From positions 930,001 through 994,000 of the forward strand of contig OZ251228.1 in NCBI GenBank assembly GCA_965240325.2: 64,000 nucleotides of DNA. The letters are read 5' to 3'. This DNA is from Rebecca billardiae RCC1528 (Eukaryota; Protista; Haptophyta). Below, piece by piece: positions 38,881 through 50,836 of the stretch. The notes beneath the pieces are model-generated. The model saw only the letters and a list, made by a program, of their open reading frames with translations. It searched no databases and was not told the origin of the DNA. The position numbers were made by a program, and so were the translations under genes. How positions within the stretch are numbered: the first letter of the stretch is position 1; each line of letters starts with the position of its first letter.

Positions 38881-40525
38881 GACCTCGCGTTTTGAACGAG
38901 CTGCGGAGCCCACAGCGGTGACCTACGAGGACAACCAGGGCACGGTCGATTTGACGAACAACCCGGTGCACCGCCAGCGCACCAAGCAGTGATAAGGTGG
39001 CCGGTTTGCCGGGCGACTCCATGCTGATGATTCCACTACTGCCATATTTTGAAAGCGGGCGGATACGCGTCGCGCGCCTGGCTGATTCAGACCCAGCCGT
39101 TTCGTGGTACCCACGAACAATAAATTGCTCCGTGCGGAGCGGCTGGGAACGTCCAGCAAGGGCCTGAAAGGAGATCCGGCCACGAGGGCCTCGGCGTGGC
39201 GCCCGCCCTTGTGCCGACCCGCCGTCGCGCTCGCGGCTATAGCGCGTCAGATGTCGCGCGCGCGGCCCTCGCGCGAGTCGGATGGACGCGAAACCGTCTT
39301 CACCCGCGCCTCCACCTGGTAAGCGGTGCTCTCCCCCCCTTCGCGCTCGCCGCGCACTGCTTCTGTTCCAAGAGTGCGGTCTGTGGGGCACCGCGCGTAC
39401 GCGTGGCCGGGCACCTCGCAAAACCTTCGAGGGCAGCACTTTTGAGTGGCTGGTATGGCGGGGGACAATGTGTACCGTGAGCTGAGTGGCTACCCGTGTG
39501 CGAGCGCGGAGGGGCCAGCCCTCTTTTTGGGCCACACGTGTCACACTGTTCCATGGCCCGTTCTACCTTGTGTCCGTGTGCACGTACAAGTGGATCAGGG
39601 CGAGGTGGGCGGCCCTTATCGCCGTCGGATGAGACCCAAAGATAGCATGTGCCACGCCGCACCGCGCTGCACCACCAGCCAACAATCTGGGCGGGCGGTA
39701 CCGGCGATCTGCGCGGCGCGATGGGCACGGGCAGCATGCCTGCCAGCGTGACGGCGAACCCGGCAAACCGCCTGCAAATCAGGTTCAACGCGGTCTGAAC
39801 TCCGCGAATCCGGATTTCACGCACGGGAAGACCGAAACGCGTTTCCACTGGATATCGCTAGCCGCTCCGCGGGGCCGCGGAGCGGCCTCCCAAAAGGAGC
39901 GGCGGGTCTGAACTAGCCAGGTCGCGCGCTTAGTGGAACCAAGGGGCTTACAAAATACCACTGGGGGCGAAACACAGTCGTCGCCACCTGTGTCCGGTGA
40001 GTGGAAAACACTGTGCGAGAAGTTTGAATCCGGGAAAGCGGGTAATCTGTCGACACATCTCGTATTCTTTCAAGGCATTCCGGTCTTTTTTCATACGAGC
40101 TACCGGACACTTTCCGTTTGAGGAGCCGGGGTCGCGACGGGGCTCCGCACTGGCGCTTTCGCCCCCAGTGGTATTTTGTAAGCCTTGGTGGAACTCCGCC
40201 CGACGCTCGCCACCCTCAGCGCGCGCGGCGCAGTCACGTCCATGGGCGCCCAGCGTGCAGGCGGCACGGCCACGCCGCTCGGCCGCGGCGACCGACCTCG
40301 CACGTGTCCTTGCGGCGCGAACGGGCATCCCAGCTGCGGTCCTTCGACCTGTGCGCCGGGAGACGTGTGCGAGCTATGGAAAGCGCGCGCGCTGCAAGCA
40401 GCACGGCGCGCTCACACGTCGCCGCTTGGTGATGTCGAAGGACTGACGTCACCAAGGCTACTTCGACAACAACGTCCCCGCCTCCTGCACGTCGCGGCGA
40501 ATCTGCATGCTGTTCGACCACCTCC
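38880..40525 (+). pseudogene. Old degenerate Ty1/copia RNase H/PPT relic split by about 1.4 kb of insertions
   Basis: 38880-38989 (TACGAGGACAACCAGGGCACGGTCGATTTGACGAACAACCCGGTGCACC) matches 55024-55140. 40445-40523 (CCAAGGCTAC...CTGCATGCTGTTC.ACCACCTCC...GATGTCGAGGGAGGGTGT) matches 55238-55340. Confidence 0.85.
39940..40187. mobile_element. 248-bp hAT-like MITE
   Basis: Perfect 28-bp inverted repeat GGCTTACAAAATACCACTGGGGGCGAAA (39945-39972 and 40157-40184), CAAGG...CCTTG termini, and a flanking direct repeat GTGGAAC. Confidence 0.85.
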
Positions 40526-40833
40526 GATGTCGAGGGAGGGTGTAAGACCGAGTTCTACGAGGAGTTGCACTCTGACAGTGCCGAGGCGTACATGACGATA
40601 ACGGACAGGCGCCGAGTTCCATCAGCTATCGGGTCGCCCATCCTCGGCACCCAGGACGGCGTTGTTATTCCCGAGTCAGGCAGTTACCTACGCCGCGGCC
40701 TGCATGCCGGAAGCTGGGCCGCCGATTACATGCGCACGGGCGTTTTTGTTGACCCGGCGGCGGCCTGTTCATGTGGAGACTCCTTCCAGATTAGTTCTGG
40801 CCATCATTACAGATGGGCAGGGCGCATCTTCAG

Positions 40834-42837
40834 CTACAACAGCGGGTCCGTGCCATTCCATGACACGTGCGCGCCACTCCACTTTGTGTGGAGCGTGTGC
40901 TCGAGTGGCGGCACAAGGTCGTTCCCGTGGTACTCCGCCTGTGGCTTGCTCGGGTCCACCGTCAGCCGGATGACCTCGTCCTGAGCGGCCGACGCCAACC
41001 CGGTGGATGGGCAGCGCCGAGTCAGCGCGCACGTGCGGCCAGCGCACGCGCACGCGCGTGGCGCATACTCATGCGAGGGGCGCCGCACCTGGTTCGCGAG
41101 CATGTCGTAGTAGTACAGGTCGAATGCAGCGCTCGGCGTGTTAGGTAGCGCGTTCGGCGAGAAGACAACGGTGTAGTGTGACTCCATGAAGCACAGCCAG
41201 ACGGGAATCGAGGGGCTTTTGAGATTCTCGCCCACGATGACGTGGCCGTAGTGCTCGAAAAGTGACAGGAGGCCGACTGGCGACCGGCGCGTCACGCCGT
41301 GCATCTTCATCCCATCGAGGTCCTGCGCGTGTGCGCGCGCGCGCGTGCACATGCAGCGCACACGCGCCGGGCCGACTGAGCGCGCTGTACGCTGCGCACG
41401 CACCAGGGCACCCGGAGCACGCGCGCCTACCTGCACGCCGTCGAAGACGTTGGAGCAGGCACGCCCCACCAGGACGAGGTTGACGAGTTCCTGCGTGCAG
41501 TACCCGTGCGCGCCGAGCAGCGTGCAGGGCGCGCCTGTGTTGTCCATGTGCTCACGAACGCGATCCGGACCGCCCGCGCTCATGACGCACGAGAAGGCGA
41601 AGGCGACCACTCCCGCGCCGTCTGGCATCTGCAGGTACGGCAGCCTATCGCGCACGCATGCCTGCAGGTCTGCGAGCGTGTCGAACTCGAGCACGCTCGC
41701 CTCACGCCCCATTTCGCGCGCAGGCGGGAGGACCATGCGCCCCGGAAACTGCACCAGGCACGCGCGCGGCGCCGCGGCGCTTGCCTCCTCGGCGATGCGC
41801 CACAGCGCCCCGCTGATCGCGCGGGCGAGGGCCTCGTCGCGCTCGGCGGGCGTGGCGTGCAGCGGGTTGACGGCGGCGGCCCCACTCGCGACGCCGGCGA
41901 CCGAGCCCGGCGCGCACATCTCCCGCAGCGTGAGCGCCTGCACCGCGGCGATGACACCACACGTGCCGCCGCGGTGCTGGTAGAGGCCAAAAGGGAGTGC
42001 GCGCACGCTCGTGAACCCAAAGCCCTGCCGCACCCACGAGGCCATCCACTCCGCGCCCGCACGCCCGTGGAAGAGCGTGCTGAGCGCCTCTGCCGCCCGT
42101 GCACCAAGCTCAGACTGGCGCAGAGCGCTGCGCACGCCGGCACTGAGCGCGGCGCTCGGCGTGGGGCTGTCGGCCAACGTGCCGATCCGACGAGCAGGCA
42201 CGACGTCCGCGCCATCCACGTCCTCGTCGAAGTCCTCCTCCACGAGCAACGTGCCGCTCAGCGCGGCCGCGCGCCCCGCGCCGCTGCCCGCGGCGCGAGC
42301 GTGCTGCGTGCCCCAATCCGTGCGCACCGAGGCCGATGACGTCGCGTCCGGCGGGCCCGCGCAAGGGGCGGCACGCGGTGGCGCCGGCTGATTGGGAGCA
42401 TACCCATCGCTGAGCTGCCGAGCGTGTCGGCCGTCAGTCGGCGCAGCGCTCGCAGGGCGCAGCCTATCGGCGGCGGCCATGGACGCTGACGCCGCCGGCG
42501 GCGGCGGCGGCTGCGCGTGGGGCGGCGGTACCACGGCGGCACTCCCCGCGTCCGGCCCAGCGGGCTCGCGCGCGTCCACCCGCAGGTGTCGCTCGTTGAG
42601 CAGCAGCGCCTCCACGACCATCTCCAGCAGCGAGCCGAGCGCCGGCTCGCGCTCCTTGTTGCGCTTGACGAGGCGCTCGAGCTTCAGACCGCGCGCGGTC
42701 GCGCTTCGCGAGCTCAGCGTGTGCTCGTCGCGCGGCCGCTCGACGTCGAGCGCCTCGAGCGTCTGCTTGAGCCCGTTGCGCGCCAGGTACTCGCGCACGA
42801 GCGCGTCCGCGTGCTGCCGCACGCTCTCCGACCCCAT
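40834..42837 (-). CDS. MINDY4: MINDY-family deubiquitinase, MINDY4/FAM188B-like; introns 41323-41430 and 40981-41088
   Basis: The N-terminus ALVREYLARNGLKQTLEALDVERPR is typical of MINDY4. Catalytic motifs QHRGGTCGVIAAVQA, HGYCTQELVNL and ESHYTVVF, plus FDLYYYDMLANQ|DEVIRLTVD and TKWSGAHVSWNGTDPLL. Confidence 0.92.
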   Translation of the reverse strand: MGSESVRQHADALVREYLARNGLKQTLEALDVERPRDEHTLSSRSATARGLKLERLVKRNKEREPALGSLLEMVVEALLLNERHLRVDAREPAGPDAGSAAVVPPPHAQPPPPPAASASMAAADRLRPASAAPTDGRHARQLSDGYAPNQPAPPRAAPCAGPPDATSSASVRTDWGTQHARAAGSGAGRAAALSGTLLVEEDFDEDVDGADVVPARRIGTLADSPTPSAALSAGVRSALRQSELGARAAEALSTLFHGRAGAEWMASWVRQGFGFTSVRALPFGLYQHRGGTCGVIAAVQALTLREMCAPGSVAGVASGAAAVNPLHATPAERDEALARAISGALWRIAEEASAAAPRACLVQFPGRMVLPPAREMGREASVLEFDTLADLQACVRDRLPYLQMPDGAGVVAFAFSCVMSAGGPDRVREHMDNTGAPCTLLGAHGYCTQELVNLVLVGRACSNVFDGVQVGARAPGALVRAQRTARSVGPARVRCMCTRARAHAQDLDGMKMHGVTRRSPVGLLSLFEHYGHVIVGENLKSPSIPVWLCFMESHYTVVFSPNALPNTPSAAFDLYYYDMLANQVRRPSHEYAPRACACAGRTCALTRRCPSTGLASAAQDEVIRLTVDPSKPQAEYHGNDLVPPLEHTLHTKWSGAHVSWNGTDPLL

Positions 42838-43194
42838 GCGCGCCTGACTCGTGAGCAGTGGCGGCGGGCGAAGCTGCCGTTGTCGGCCGCGGTTGTGACG
42901 GCAGCGCGCGGCCCTGCGCTCGAAACCCCTCCGGGGGGCGCGCCGACGCTCGGGCGGGCGCGTTCGCACGCCTCGCGAACGGTTCGAAGAGCGCCTCGGA
43001 CTCGCCTCTCCGCACCTGCCTTGTGTCGAGTTGCTGGTGAGCAGCCTGGTCCGGCTGCCCACCGTCGCTTTCGGAGCTTGCCGAGTTGCCGGCTTGCGTG
43101 CTCCCCGGACTCCGCGAGCTGCAGAGCGGACGGCGAGGGCGGAGGAGCATGGCTGCGTGACGCGCATGCGCAGTGGCGGTGGAGGTAGGAGTCC

Positions 43195-46100
43195 ATGGAC
43201 GAGGCCACGCGCGAGCAGTTCGAGCAGGCTGTGCTCGCCTCGTTCAACCAGTCGATCGACGCGAGCTACCGTCACGCCGCCTTCACCTCGCTCACCCAGC
43301 TCAAGCAGGCGGACGGCGGGTGGCGTTTCTGCCTGGACGGGCTGCTGCACACGCAGCACGTCGAGGTGCAGTTCTGGTGCCTGCAGGCGCTGTGCGAGGT
43401 GGTGCACCAGGGCCAGTACGCGCGATTCGTCGCCGAGGACGTGAACCGCCTGCAGGCCGCCGTCTTCGCGTGGCTGGAGCGCGTGTCTGCGAGTGAGCCG
43501 CCGTTCATCAAGGTGCGCGCGCGAGCGCTCGCCCCGAGCGACACGCGGCGCGGCGTGCGGCGCAGTGTGCTCGCCTGGCTGCGCTGCACGCGCCGCTGCG
43601 CGCTCTTCCCGTGCGTGGGCTCCGCGCGCTCCACGCCTGACGCCCGCCGCGCTCGCCCGCGAGCGCGCCCACCCGCGCGCGCGCAGAACAAGCTCGCGCA
43701 GCTGCTGATCGCGATGGTCGAGGTGGACTACCCCGAGCGGTGGCGCGGCTTCTTCGCGTCGCTGCTGAACTACCTGAACCAGGGCGGCGTGGCCGTGGAC
43801 ATGTTCCTGCGCGTGCTCACCACGCTGCACGACGAGGTCCTCTCGGCCGAATCGGGCGCGCGCACGCCCGAGCGTCTGCCCATCAGCACGCGCATCAAGG
43901 ACACGATGCGCGCCGAGTGCATGGCGCACATCGTCGAGGCGTGGTACGCCATCCTGATGCGCACCGCGACGGCGGGGACGCACGTCGAGCTCGCCACGCA
44001 GACGCTCTACGCGCTGCGGCTGTACGTGCCGTGGATCGACATCGCGCTCGTGGCGAACGAGCGGCTGCTGCCGATGCTGCTCGGCTTTGTGCCGCGCGAG
44101 GGGCTGCACGCGGAGGCGTGCGGCGTGCTGTGCGAGCTCGTGCTCAAGGGGATGGAGCCGGCGCCGAAGCTGGCGCACCTGCGCGCGCTGCGGCTGACGC
44201 CGACACTTGCCGCCTACCTCGACGCCGCCGACGGCCGTGGCGGCGCCGCGCGCCCGTCGCTCGCGCTGGCGACGCTCGTGTCGACGCTGTGCGACGAGCT
44301 GCTGGAGTGCTGGGACAAGCTGCCGTCCGACTCGCAGCAGGCCGCGGACGCGTACAGCGCGCTGCAGGAGGCGCTGCCGCTCGCGCTCGCGTGCTTCGGC
44401 TCGGACGAGCAGGAGACCTCGCACGTCGCCGTGCCCTTCCTCAACGCGTACCTCGGCCGGCTGCGCCGCGCCAACCTGTCGGCGCAGGCGCTCGGCGCGC
44501 ACGCCAACACGCTCGGCCAGCTGCTGCTCGCGCTCACGCGCCGCATGTGCTACCCGCCGGAGTACAGCTTCGACGAGCCGGACGAGCCGGAGGAGGAGTT
44601 CCACGCGTACCGGCGCGACCTCGCCACGCTCTTCAAGGCCGCCGCGCGCGTCGACCGCGAGCGCACGCTCGAGCTGACGTGCGAGCTCGTGCAGGGCGTC
44701 GTGAAGGGGTGCGCGGACGTGCCGTTTGCCCACGCCGAGTGCGCGCTCTTCCTGCTGTACCAGCTGGGCGAGGGGCTGCCCGAGGCGGCGTTCCGCATGG
44801 ACGACTCGCACTTCACGCGGATGCTCGTCGCCGTGTGCGCCTCGACGCTCTCCGCGTACCCGCACCGCGCGGTGCAGACGCTCTACTTCGAGCTGCTCGT
44901 GCGGTACGTGCGCTTCTTCACCTCGCGCCCGCAGTTTGTGGGCCCCGCGCTGCAGGCGCTGTGCGACGCGCGCGGGCTGGGCAACGCCGACGCGGAGGTG
45001 CGCGGGCGGGTGTGCTACCTGCTGCTGCGCTTCGTCAAGGCGATGCATCAGAGCATGGCGCCGCCCGCGCCGAGCAGCGCGGCCAGCGGCGCCGGCGGCG
45101 GACCGGGCACGGGCGGCGGCGCCGGCGCCGGCGCCGGCGCCGGCGGCGGCGGCGGCGACGACTCGAGCGTCGCATCCGGCAGCGCGCGCCAGGCGCTGCA
45201 GCCGTACGTCGAGACGATCCTGCTGTCGATGCAGGCGCCGATGCTCGCCGAGCCGCTGCAGGACGAGGCCTCGCAGCAGCAGCTCAGCGCAGCCACGGCC
45301 GCGGAGCTCGGCGGCCCGGCACCGAACGGGAGCGCGGCGGAGGGCGAGGGCGGCCTGCGCGTGAGTGCGGCCGAGCAGATGCACTTGTTTGAGACGGCGG
45401 GCGTGCTGCTCGGCGGTGGCTTGGCGCCAGCCGACGTGTCAGCGCGCCTGCTGCTGCTGCTGCTGCAGCCGCTCTCGCACGCGCTCTCGCTCGTGCGCGC
45501 CGAGCAGCTGAGCGCGGACGGGCAGGCGGCGCAGCCGCAGCCGGCGGCCGGCGGCGCAGGGGGCGGCGGCGAGGACGAGGCGGCCGCGTCGGCCGCCGCC
45601 GCGCGCGTGTGCCGCGCGGCGCACATTGTGGGCGCTCTGGGCACGCTCTCGAAGGGCTTCTCGCACGCACACGCGCAGCCAGTCGCGCACGTCTTCGAGG
45701 CGGCGCTCGAGGCGGCGCTGCAGACGGCGGCCGTCCTGCCGCGCGCCGCCGAGCTGCGCGGGCGCGTGCTGATGCTGCTGCACCGCATGGTCGAGTGCCT
45801 CGGCGCGCGCGTGCTCCCGTTTGCGCGCGCGGCCGTGCCCGGGCTGCTGCAGGGCACGGACGGCGCCGAGCTGCACGAGGTCGTCACGCTCGTCAACCAG
45901 CTCGTCACCAAGTTCAAGGCGCGCTGCCACGAGCAGATGGTCGAGCTGCTGCCTCACGTGCGCGCTCTGCTCGAGCGCCTGCCTGTCGGCCGGCCGCTGC
46001 GCGCCTGCGCCGCTGTGCGCGTGCGCCGCTCCTTTGGGCCCGCTGACGCGCCCACGCTCACGCGCCCTCTCCCCGCGCCGCCCGTCGCACCCGCGCGCAG

Positions 46101-46937
46101 ATCTCCGCGCGTCTGCTCGACTCGATCGGCGCGCCGCTGCCGGGCGCGCTGCCGACGGGCACGCCCCTCTCGGAGGAGGAGCGCGAGCGCGTGCTGCTGC
46201 TGCGCTACTACCACTCGTTTGTGCACGGCCTCGTGCACAACGGGCTCGCGGCGGCGCTTGTCGCGCCGAGCAATCGCGGCTCGATGGACACGCTCCTCGG
46301 CGTGCTCGTCAAGGTGCGGCCCTGCGCGCGGCCCTTCGATCGGTCGGCGCGGCGTGCGCGCACTGGTGCCCTGTCGTGCCCACGTGCGACTCTCACGCGC
46401 AAGTGCCTCGGCGTCCGCCCTCCGCGCGCGGCGCGGCGCGTGCTGCAGGGCTGCGTCGATGCGCCCGACCCGCAGATCCAGCGGCAGGCCGTGGCAGCGC
46501 TGCACAAGCTCGTGGAGCTGTGGGCGACAGGGCCGACCAACGGCTCAGCCGCGCGCGCGGACGACGATGGCGCGGACGCGCACACGCCCATCCCGGGCTT
46601 CGACGCGTATGCGCTGGGGCAGGTGGCGCCTGCGTACGTGCAGGCACTGCTGCACCCGTACCTCAACCTCAAGGACGCATCGTGCCTGCAGCTCATCGAG
46701 GCGCTCGCGAGCGGGCAGCAGGCGCTGTACACGGCGCTTGGCAGCCAGTACACCGCCTTCCTGGCCGACTCAGCGCTGCCCGCACTTGGGTGCGCGCCCG
46801 AGCTGGTCGCCACCTATGTGCAGCACGTGACAAGCGCGCCGGGCAGCACGCTCCCCACCCAGCAGCGCCCGGTCGGCTTCCGCGACTTCCTGCGCGAGTT
46901 TGCCGCGAACTACCAGGCATCCCGGCAGCGGCAGTAG
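43195..46937 (+). CDS. XPOT: Exportin-T (tRNA exportin; PAUSED/Los1 homolog); introns 43513-43686, 45958-46100, 46314-46448
   Basis: FEQAVLASF, VQFWCLQAL, PPFIK|NKLAQL, YPERWRGFF, RIKDTMR, YVPWIDIALVAN and YFELLVRY match exportin-T. The splice sites restore a continuous frame. Confidence 0.92.
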
Positions 46938-47542
46938 GCGGCGACACCTGACGGATTATGACTACTAGCAGTAGAGCTCTACCGATACGATGGCGATGAT
47001 CCGATTCCGAGCAGGCGGCTGACTGATATATGACTCACTGAGCCGTCTCGGGCCGGCGGCCCGGCGAGTGTCGTGCGGACCTGTCACACTCACCTGACGG
47101 TGACTCCTGAGTCCTGACTCTCGGAGACGGTAATAATGCTGACCTGAGTGTCGGACCGTCTCCCGTGATTCCTCGGAGTGCCTCATCCGTCAATGTCATC
47201 GGACAGCGCAGTTGCGAGCTGCTTATATTCTAATATTGACGACTACTGTGCTCAGGCGGATATGGCGCCGCCCCGTACCCGTCAGTCGTCACGGTCACCG
47301 ACTCACAGGCCGACTCACAGGGAGCTGAGCTGCTTACAGAATCACCGTAATTCACAGCCTCGCATTCTCGGGCTCCGTTACGGTAGCCGGGTAGCTCTAC
47401 GTGCTGCTGTTCCGTAGTGTTCGCAGGGCGCGAATCCAGGCATCCAATTTCGGTGAGTACCACCGATGCGGCCATTATCTTGTCCGCGAGGGAAGAAGGC
47501 GGGAATCTCGAGGGCTCCATGCCAGCCTGGAGGCTGCCGCCA

Positions 47543-47932
47543 TCACTCTGATCCCCATGGCGCCGCCGTGCGCACACGTGGAGGCCGTTTCAGTGGGTTC
47601 TCGCGCGTGGGGAAGACATGGGCGAACTTTCGTTTCTTGCGGTTGTCGTAGGAGAAGTGGACATAGCCCGGCACGAGTGCAAAAAGTGTGTGATCGCGTC
47701 CTGCGCCGACACGCTCGCCCGCATGAATCCGGAAGCCTCGCTGCCTGACGATGACGCTGCCCGCTTTGCACACCTGCCCACCGAAGAGCTTGGTGCCGAG
47801 GTACTTGGCGTTTGAATCTCGGCCGTTTTTCGACGCGCCCGCCGCCGCTTTTGTCGCATGCCGGATCGGCCCGACGAGGGACGCAGTGGGGTTGCACAGC
47901 GCACGCCACAGCGCGCCGCGTAGCGCCATCAT
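47543..47932 (-). CDS. MRPL27: Mitochondrial ribosomal protein bL27m with N-terminal transit peptide
   Basis: [30 protein letters not shown]...[33 protein letters not shown] is the L27 signature, preceded by an Arg-rich presequence. Confidence 0.93.
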   Translation of the reverse strand: MMALRGALWRALCNPTASLVGPIRHATKAAAGASKNGRDSNAKYLGTKLFGGQVCKAGSVIVRQRGFRIHAGERVGAGRDHTLFALVPGYVHFSYDNRKKRKFAHVFPTRENPLKRPPRVRTAAPWGSE

Positions 47933-48353
47933 TTTCGCCGTACGTGGGCTGAAGGTTGGATGGAATAGGTGTGAGGTGTCGCGCAGAGTCCGGCAGCGCG
48001 TCCGGGGCAGCCATCTGGTGGGCAGGCCCGGCCGTGGATTACCCGCTCAAAGTCTGAACTAGATAGTGAACTTTGACGAATAAGTGCGATGATGAAACGG
48101 GCTCTCGGGCGTGGCAAACTGAAACGTTTGTTGGCCTTCGAACACCAACTTGACGAGCTCCATCTCGGGCGTGTGGTGCGTGCGCGGCGCGACGGCCACG
48201 CCCGCGGACACGCACCTGTGAACGACGCCAGCGCACCCCTCGCGTGGCAATGCGGTGAGCTCATCTGCTGTGGCCATCCGCGCTCTCCCTCGCCCCCGCG
48301 TCCCACGCCCACGCAGTACAGTCCTCCTCAACGGCCTCCTCGCATCTCACGCA

Positions 48354-49792
48354 ATGACATCCTTTGGAGGTCCACCTGTGACGCGCCGCGCGCTCGGCGA
48401 CATCTCGAATAGGACGGGCGCGAGCGATGCGCAGGGGGCAAAGCGAGGATCGGTGCGTTGCAGCGCGCGCCCTCCGGCACACTGCGAGCCCTTGCGTGCC
48501 ACCGTGGAGCGATGCGCGCGCCGCGGGCTGACATGTGTCCACTGCGCGCGTTGCGCACACGCGCACATCTCGCATGTGGCTGGGGGCAAGCAGAAGATGG
48601 GAGGTTTTCTCGGCTCGCAGAAGAGCCTAGCGGGAGTCGAGGGGGGCAAGACGCTCGGCGGGCTCAACCCCAAGCTCGCGCACATCGACTCGACCATGCG
48701 CGGCGTGAAGCTGGGCGAGAGCGCGTTTACGGGCGAGGCGCCAGATCCGATCGACCTCGCGGATGCGGGCAACGCGCAGTACGCCGTGCCGTACATCAAG
48801 GACATCATGCGGGTGCTCCGTGAGACTGAGGTGTGGTGCACCGCTCAGGCCCCCGCACCCACGCGCACCATGGGCGTGTGCAGTGCAGCCCAACGCTGCG
48901 CGGTTGTGACACGCGCCGCACTCGCTCGCCGCCGCCCCTGGCTGCTATGTGCTGTGCAGAGCAAATATCTGGCGCCACCGACGTACATGGCGCAGCAGGC
49001 GGACGTGAACGAGAAGATGCGCGCAATCCTCATCGACTGGCTCATCGAGGTGCACCTCAAGTTCAAGCTCGTCCCCGAGACGATGTACGTGACCGTCAAC
49101 CTGATCGACCGCTTCCTCTCCAAGAAGAGCATCCAGCGCAACAAGCTGCAGCTCGTCGGCGTCACCGCCATGTTCATCGCCTCCAAGTACGAGGAGATCT
49201 ACGCGCCCGAGGTGCGCGACTTCGTCTACATCTCGGATAAGGCCTACTCGCGCGAGGAGATCCTCAAGATGGAGGCGAACATGCTGGGCATGCTCAACTT
49301 CAACGTGACGGCGCCATCAGCGTTTGCGTTCCTGAAGCGCTTTGTGAAGGTGGCTGGCTTCCTGCACCACGACGAGGGCAGGGAGGAGCGGCTGTGCACC
49401 TACCTCGTTGAGCTCACGCTGCAGGAGTACCGCATGCTGAAGTACCTGCCGTCGGTGATCGCGGCGTCGGCGGTGTGCCTCGCGCAAAAGATGCTGCGGC
49501 AAGGAAGCTGGGTGCGTGCTGCGCGCTGCGCCGCACCGCGAAAGCTCGCGCCGCGGTCGACCCAGCACCCGACTCACTCGCGCGTTGTGCACCACGCGCG
49601 CCCGGCTTTTCCGCGCAGTCGTCGGCCATGCAGACGCACACGTGCTATCCGGAGGCGACGCTGCTGCCATGCATGAAGGACATGAACGCGATCGCGAAGG
49701 CGGCGCCGAAGAACAGCCTCTCCGCTGTGCGCAAGAAGTACTCGCAGGACAAGTACGGGGCGGTCGCGCACGTGCCGACGGTCGAGCTCTGA
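48354..49792 (+). CDS. CYCB: Mitotic B-type cyclin; introns about 48453-48593, 48831-48959, 49512-49618
   Basis: D-box RRALGDISN. Cyclin box MRAILIDWLIEVHLKFKLVPET...LQLVGVTAMFIASKYEEIYAPEVRDFVYISDKAY. C-terminal AVRKKYSQDKYGAVA. Confidence 0.96.
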
Positions 49793-50836
49793 CGACGAAA
49801 CTCTGTGCCTGATGCGCGGCGACTACACCGGCAGCGGCGCGCGCACAAGGAGCGGTATCAAGGCGCGATGAGGCATGCGACGAGACGAATAATCATATCA
49901 GAAAGAACGTACGGGCAGGCGGCGGCGCGATCGGACGACGCCGAAGATCCAACTCTTCGACAATCCGACGGCTAGTTGACTTCCGACTCATCAGCGACTC
50001 GATCCGATCACCGCGCGACGACGCGACAATAATTATATCTAGTCCTAGAGAGAGAGAACAGTAGATCATCGTCATCGACCGGGAGTCGGGGAGAGTAAGA
50101 CTAAGAGCGAGAATGCGTTAATGTTATGCGGGTGACTCGGACAGTCGGTTAGTGCCGCTGTGATTGATGTTACGAGGGCCGTCGAGGGCGAGGCCCGGAG
50201 CGTCAGCGGACTGAGACTGAGACTGAGACGATATATATTATAATATATATATATATTGGAGACTGTGACACTCTGAGACTGTGTTAGAAAGTGTTATAGG
50301 GCTAATAGGCGCTTAGATGAGTTACGAGTGATTATTAGATCCACTATTATGTCATCGGGCCATATATATAATATATCGTCCAAGGAGTGCGGTCTCAGGA
50401 GCTGCTATTGTAGACGATCATCAGAGGCGGCGATCCCGCCGATTGCAGTGTCAAGATGTAACGCTCCAGTGACCGGACTGGGGCAGTGGGGGGGCGGTGG
50501 ACCGAAGCCGGAGCCTCTACGGTGTAGTCCTTCTATCCTACACGCGGTATCACCGATCACCGGCGACCTCAAGCTGCAGCGCGCGGCGTGCCCGCCGCGT
50601 CGAGCAGGCCGAACGCACGCCACGGGGCTGCCACCACGCGCACGAGCACGCCGACCGCACCCGCGCCCCACTCCGCCGCGCCGTGCGCGCGGCCGGCGGC
50701 GCGCGCGGCCGGCCGCTCGGAGTGCGAACAGGCTCAGAGCGCCCGCCGCACATCGGCGCACGGCCACGAGCGGGGAGCGCGATCATGAGTGCGTGCGCGT
50801 CGGCAGCGAGCGCGTGCACGGCCTCGTGCACGCTCA

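Noticed and set aside
42838-45384. N-terminal extension of the 1516-aa minus-strand ORF
   Set aside because: It is the antisense shadow of exportin-T; the real MINDY4 gene starts at 42837.
50282-50542. Possible solo LTR (TGTTAG...CCTACA, AT-richer block)
   Set aside because: There is no target-site duplication and no second copy in the window.
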